Notes under the pieces: model-generated
Told to the model about the DNA's origin: nothing
The model's database searches: none
What the model saw: the letters and a program-made list of their open reading frames with translations, nothing else
Translations under genes and position numbers: made by a program
Assembly (NCBI GenBank): GCA_963801355.1
Contig: CAWDEM010000004.1
Coordinates: 1,088,001 to 1,152,000, forward strand
DNA from: Ignavibacteriota bacterium
GTDB lineage: Bacteria; Bacteroidota; Ignavibacteria; UBA10030; UBA6906
Direction of reading: 5' to 3'
DNA length: 64,000 nt
Part shown: one piece after another, positions 59,377 through 64,000 of the stretch
Layout: each line of letters begins with the position of its first letter
How positions within the stretch are numbered: position 1 is the first letter of the stretch

Positions 59377-62300
59377 ATGCCCTCAATGTCACACCGGATC
59401 CGCAGCCTCTTTTCCGAACGAAGATTCCGCGAAACTGCGATTATCGTTCTTCTTCTCTGCCTGCTGTTGCTGTCGCAGGCAATCCGTCTCGTGCGGGTGA
59501 GTGTTCTGGAACGGGGATGGGAAAGCTTCCAGGCGGAAAAGGCACAGGCGGATGCTGCGGTTGCCGTGCAGGAATTTGACGATCTCCAACGCTCGGCCGG
59601 ACGGATCGCGGTGGAGGTGGGACAGCAGCAGGATGTTGGAGGCTATCTGCGTGGCCTGCACAGCGACCGGCGTGCACTCTTCGCCGCTGTCACCGCAGCG
59701 GCCGAGACGCACGAATGCGGTGTGGAGATTTATGATGCGGATGGCGAGCTTGCCGCGTGGGGCGGATCCAGCGGACCTTCTATCGGCCGCGAGGTACAGA
59801 TTGCGCTGACCGGACGAATCACGTCGACAGTCGCGAGAACACCGGTCGCCTCACAATTGCTTGTAGTCTCGCCGGCGCGGAGCGGTGGGATGATCGTCGG
59901 CGTCGTTGCCGTCCGTCAGATCGTCGAACTTGATTATCCTCTGAGCAACAGGTTCATGGCCTACGTCGGGCTTGCCGATCGGTTGGGAACCCGGCTGGGA
60001 ACGCCTATCGAATTTGACTTCTCCGACAACGCCACCGGCCGCAAAGACGGGCGCTGGCTCGCGGTCCCCCTGTACGGCATCGACGCCCGTCGCGTGGGAG
60101 CGGTCAGTGTTCTCCGGCCCGGACGGTCGGCGGTTATCGAACGCCTCCGGAGCGATTTCGCGGCTTTCGACACCGTGCTCCTTGTGCTTCTGTGCTTCGC
60201 AGCAGCCGTGCCCCTTGCCCGTTGGCTTCTCCCGCGCCGCGGAAGGCCGGCGGGCGCGATTGGACTGACCCTGGCGCTCTGGGTCATGCGGTACGTGTGG
60301 GTGTGGCTGGGGTTCCCGGGGCGCGTGATTCCCCACGGCATCTTTGACCCCGTACTCTTCGCCTCGGGGTTCGGGGGCGGACTCGCACGATCCGTCGGGG
60401 ACCTGCTCATCACTACGATTGTTCTCTCCCTCAGCCTCTGGTCTCTCGCCCCGCTGACAGCTGTGCACCAACGGGAAGAGCGACAATCACCGGGCGTCAT
60501 CCGCTTTCTCGGGCACACCATTCTGGCCATTCTGGCGACGTTCCTGCTTTTCTGGACCCTGCGGGGTCTCGGCGCGGTCGTGCGCAGCGCTGTTTATGAC
60601 TCCACGCTGGGATATGGTGATCCGGCCATCATCCTTCCCGCCTTCGGGATGGGTGTGATGATCCTGACTCTCGGCATGTTGTGCATGTGTATGATCGCCC
60701 TCGCCGTGCGCACAACGGAACACCTGCTTGCCTGGCTCGGAGGCGGTTACGCGGGATTGCTCCGGGTGATCATCCTCTATGTGACCGCCGCCGTGCTTTT
60801 TGGTACGCTGCAGGACGAGCCCTTGATGTCGATACCGTATATGCTCCTGTGTGCAGTGCTGTTCATCGCGGCGGCGTTCTGGCGGCTGTCGCTGGAGTCA
60901 GGCGCCGCACCGGTGCGCGCAGGCACCCTTATGGTTGCCTCCGGCGTGATGACACTGGCCCTCCTGCTGCCGTTGCTGCAGCGGAATATTGAGGAGCAGG
61001 TCCGTAGTCGCATGGAGTCCTTTGCCGTCGAATTCCTTCGTCCTGTCGATGGGTGGCTGAAGCTGGTCGTCGATGACGGGCTTCGCCAACTGACGGAAGT
61101 CTCGCTTGCGCGCACGGAAATGCACGCGAAGCAGGATGCAGAAGGAACAAGCGTTCCGCTCGAGGCCTGGGCCCGGAGTAACGCATGCCGGGAAGGATAC
61201 AGTGCGCTCTTTGTGGTTCTGGATTCTTCCGGCGGAGAAGTGGGAAGGTTTGCGATCGGCAGCCAGACGTCGCTGATCATCCCGTTCGCGGAGACCCTGC
61301 CCCTGGATTCGCTCGGGAAAGTCCGCATCAAGAGCATCGGCGACGGCATCAGTGCCGTGCGGGTGTATGGAGGGACAGCGCTCCTGCGGGATCCGTCGGG
61401 ACACACCTCCGGATACGCGCGCGTGGTGATTGCCGCCGGAGAGCAGCAGCTGTTCCGAGGGGACAACCCTCCAATCCTGCGCAGAAGCGCCGGCGAACCT
61501 ATCGAGGCATTCTACCGTCCCATCACGCTCTCCGAGTACCGGGATGCATTGCTCGTCCGTACAACGAACCCGGATTTTCCCTACACGCACATGCTGTCGG
61601 ACGATGTCCGGGCCACGCTCAACCGTCCGGAATCGCCGACCGTCTGGAGTACCGAGACAATCGGGGATGCCTCTTATGATTGCTACTCTGTCCGGCGTGG
61701 CCCGGACAGCCACGATGTCATCGTTCTCAGTATGGCACATCAACACATCCTCATGACGATGGTGGGTCTTGTCAAGATTCCACTCGTCTTCATTATCGTC
61801 GCGCTGCTGGGAGTCGGTGCGTCGGTGATTGTTGCATGGGCGCGCGGCAGGCGGTATCGGTTCACTTTCCGTGACACATTGCTCACGGCAATGCTGCTCA
61901 CGGCGTTTGTTCCGCTGGGCTTGTTGATGTTCTACAGCCAGTATGAAGTCCACCGCCGGGTGATCGAAACATTGTCCGGTCGCCTCGAAGGGGAGACGGC
62001 ATCCATTGCCCAAGAGATCGCTGGAATCGGGGAGTATGCCGATGTCACATCGGATCTGACGTTGCGACCCGATCGTGTGGAGCTGATCGCTTCCAACGTC
62101 GGTACGGATTTCAATATCTATGTCGGCAACGAATTGCGGATCAGCAGCCGTCCGGAGCTGTACACAACGGGGCTGCTGGACAGCCGGCTGAACGGCAGGG
62201 CCTATGCCGCTGTCGTGCTCGACGGCAGGCGTTACCATATGCAGACCGAACATGTGGGGCTGTATCAGTACGAAGTCGGTTACAGGCCGGTGCTCGATGC

Positions 62301-63306
62301 AGCAGGCGGCGTTATCGGCATCGTGGGTGTCCCGACGCTGTACAGGCAGGAAGAAGTGGACCGGGAACTCTCGGAGCGGAACGCCGTGCTGATCGGGGTC
62401 TACGCGGTGGTTCTGCTGGCGATCGTGATTGCGACCATGGTGCTTGCGAACCGGATTGCCGCCCCCGTGCAGAAACTCACCATGTTGACCCGCGACGTCG
62501 CCCGGGGGAACCTGGAGATCTCGGCACGGTTGCCCAGAGCAGAGGGGGAGATCGGGGAACTGGTGCAGGCGTTTGATGCAATGGCGCGTGATATGCGCCG
62601 CAGCCGCGACGAACTTGTGCAGGCGGAACGGGAACTGGCCTGGCGTGAGATGGCCAGACAGATTGCCCACGAGATCAAGAATCCCCTGACGCCCATGAAG
62701 TTGTCCGTCCAGCATCTGCGCCAGACCTATCGCGACAATGCTCCGGACTTCAGTGCTATCCTGGAGGCGGTGACGCGAACCGTGATTGAGCAGATTGACA
62801 CGCTCAGCCGCATCGCCTCGGAGTTCTCACACTTTGCCCGGATGCCCCGGAGGAGAGTCGAGGCGTGTGATGTGGAAAGCGTTGTGCGCGAAGCCGTGCA
62901 ACTGTTCCGTCCGGATACACGCGTAGAATTCAAGATCGATGTGGAACCTGCACTTCCTCCTCTGCAGGCCGATCGTGAAGAGTTGCGGCGCGCCTTTATC
63001 AATATCATCCGCAATGGTGTCCAGGCGACCGCCGGCAAAGTGAAGATCGAAGTCACGGTCCGGCGCAGCGCCACGGGCATCAGCGCGGCATTCCGGGACT
63101 ATGGGTCGGGCATCTCCGACGAAGTCCGCCGGAAGCTCTTTCAGCCGAACTTCTCCACGAAGACGGACGGCATGGGATTGGGTCTGGCGATTGTGAAGAA
63201 GACCTTGGATGACCTGGGCGCGTCCATTGTGATTGAAAGCGTCGTGAACCAGGGAACGACGGTCGTCCTCGATATCCCGCTCGAGCAGGATCCGCAGGTG
63301 TCATGA
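59377..63306 (+). CDS. very large multi-TM HAMP sensor histidine kinase (NtrY-like core)
   Basis: AWREMARQIAHEIKNPLTP H-box, NIIRN, DYGSGI, FSTK..GMGLGL; many TM segments. Confidence 0.92.
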   Translation: MPSMSHRIRSLFSERRFRETAIIVLLLCLLLLSQAIRLVRVSVLERGWESFQAEKAQADAAVAVQEFDDLQRSAGRIAVEVGQQQDVGGYLRGLHSDRRALFAAVTAAAETHECGVEIYDADGELAAWGGSSGPSIGREVQIALTGRITSTVARTPVASQLLVVSPARSGGMIVGVVAVRQIVELDYPLSNRFMAYVGLADRLGTRLGTPIEFDFSDNATGRKDGRWLAVPLYGIDARRVGAVSVLRPGRSAVIERLRSDFAAFDTVLLVLLCFAAAVPLARWLLPRRGRPAGAIGLTLALWVMRYVWVWLGFPGRVIPHGIFDPVLFASGFGGGLARSVGDLLITTIVLSLSLWSLAPLTAVHQREERQSPGVIRFLGHTILAILATFLLFWTLRGLGAVVRSAVYDSTLGYGDPAIILPAFGMGVMILTLGMLCMCMIALAVRTTEHLLAWLGGGYAGLLRVIILYVTAAVLFGTLQDEPLMSIPYMLLCAVLFIAAAFWRLSLESGAAPVRAGTLMVASGVMTLALLLPLLQRNIEEQVRSRMESFAVEFLRPVDGWLKLVVDDGLRQLTEVSLARTEMHAKQDAEGTSVPLEAWARSNACREGYSALFVVLDSSGGEVGRFAIGSQTSLIIPFAETLPLDSLGKVRIKSIGDGISAVRVYGGTALLRDPSGHTSGYARVVIAAGEQQLFRGDNPPILRRSAGEPIEAFYRPITLSEYRDALLVRTTNPDFPYTHMLSDDVRATLNRPESPTVWSTETIGDASYDCYSVRRGPDSHDVIVLSMAHQHILMTMVGLVKIPLVFIIVALLGVGASVIVAWARGRRYRFTFRDTLLTAMLLTAFVPLGLLMFYSQYEVHRRVIETLSGRLEGETASIAQEIAGIGEYADVTSDLTLRPDRVELIASNVGTDFNIYVGNELRISSRPELYTTGLLDSRLNGRAYAAVVLDGRRYHMQTEHVGLYQYEVGYRPVLDAAGGVIGIVGVPTLYRQEEVDRELSERNAVLIGVYAVVLLAIVIATMVLANRIAAPVQKLTMLTRDVARGNLEISARLPRAEGEIGELVQAFDAMARDMRRSRDELVQAERELAWREMARQIAHEIKNPLTPMKLSVQHLRQTYRDNAPDFSAILEAVTRTVIEQIDTLSRIASEFSHFARMPRRRVEACDVESVVREAVQLFRPDTRVEFKIDVEPALPPLQADREELRRAFINIIRNGVQATAGKVKIEVTVRRSATGISAAFRDYGSGISDEVRRKLFQPNFSTKTDGMGLGLAIVKKTLDDLGASIVIESVVNQGTTVVLDIPLEQDPQVS

Positions 63307-64000
63307 GCGACGTGCTCTCCATAGTGCGTCCATCCAGTTTCGGACACGGGACGGGGTTGACCGCAGGTCTCAGTACGCGCGCCGGTGGACCTCCAGGCTC
63401 GTTGTTCGGCATGAATCTCTCCTTTGCGGTTGGCGATGATCCTGCCAACGTCCGCCAGAACCGTGCGCGATTCTTCGGAGAGCTGGGCATAGGGATGGGC
63501 GAACTGGCCTTCATGCAGCAGGTGCACGGCAGCTCGGTGACGCGGGTGAATGCGCCGGGGACGTATCCGGCCTGCGATGCCATGATCACCGATTGTTCGC
63601 GGCTCTACCTGTGTGTCACGGTGGCGGACTGTGTCCCGGTGTTCCTGTTGGACCGGGCCGCGCACGCACTCGCCGTGGTGCACGCGGGGTGGCGCGGAAC
63701 GGCTGCCGGCATCGTCCCGGCCGCCATAGACGCGCTCAAGGTTGCGTACGGCGCTCTCCCCTCCCGCATCGAGGCATTCATCGGTCCGGCCGCCGGAGGG
63801 TGCTGTTACGAAGTCGGCGCGGAGGTGGCCGGGGCATTGGATGCCGGGCATGTCACCATGCGGGATGGAAAGCGATTTGCAGATCTGAAATCCGCCAACC
63901 GTGCCCAGCTTATCCGTGCGGGTGTGTCCGCAGTCTCGATTGAGGTGCATCCCGCGTGCACGATCCATGAAGAGTCGTCATATCACTCGTACCGACGTGA
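63303..64000 (+). CDS. pgeF: PgeF/YfiH purine nucleoside phosphorylase-like protein (runs off the window)
   Basis: NLSFAVGDD, QQVHG, ADCVPV, HAGWRG, IGPA...CYEVG; ATGA overlap with the kinase. Confidence 0.9.
   Translation, partial: MSDVLSIVRPSSFGHGTGLTAGLSTRAGGPPGSLFGMNLSFAVGDDPANVRQNRARFFGELGIGMGELAFMQQVHGSSVTRVNAPGTYPACDAMITDCSRLYLCVTVADCVPVFLLDRAAHALAVVHAGWRGTAAGIVPAAIDALKVAYGALPSRIEAFIGPAAGGCCYEVGAEVAGALDAGHVTMRDGKRFADLKSANRAQLIRAGVSAVSIEVHPACTIHEESSYHSYRR

Overview
This window is core chromosome from a GC-rich bacterium of the Bacteroidota/Chlorobi/Ignavibacteria (FCB) group, most likely Ignavibacteria-like. That placement is inferred from type IX secretion (T9SS) sorting domains, a bS22-type peptide and a long SecA, combined with canonical sigma70 -35/-10 promoters and Shine-Dalgarno (SD) sites. 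About 60 mostly housekeeping genes are present: nrdJ, nuoA-F, dut, rsmI, a split metH, queG, trxB, three Hsp20 genes, sppA with an HU/IHF gene, an EF-G paralogue, an ECF sigma locus, prmA, pcm, glgB, dacB, secA, glnB, era, uvrC, tRNA-Val, pyrRBC, a very large sensor kinase and pgeF. No transposase, integrase, phage gene or CRISPR array was found. The most notable signals are: (1) a T9SS-tagged secreted multiheme cytochrome c (8 CxxCH plus 1 contracted CxCH) behind a sigma54-type promoter and a structured leader, a candidate extracellular electron-transfer protein; (2) a full sigma54 enhancer layout (five phased TGNCA-N3-TGNCA boxes, an IHF site, and -24/-12) driving a triple Hsp20 operon, next to an unexplained palindromic repeat array; (3) an approximately 255-nt structured leader with terminator/antiterminator potential in front of nrdJ; (4) MetH split between the pterin and cobalamin modules; (5) short-period repeats and shared or expanded T9SS tail cassettes. 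All calls were made by eye from the sequence; no database searches were run.
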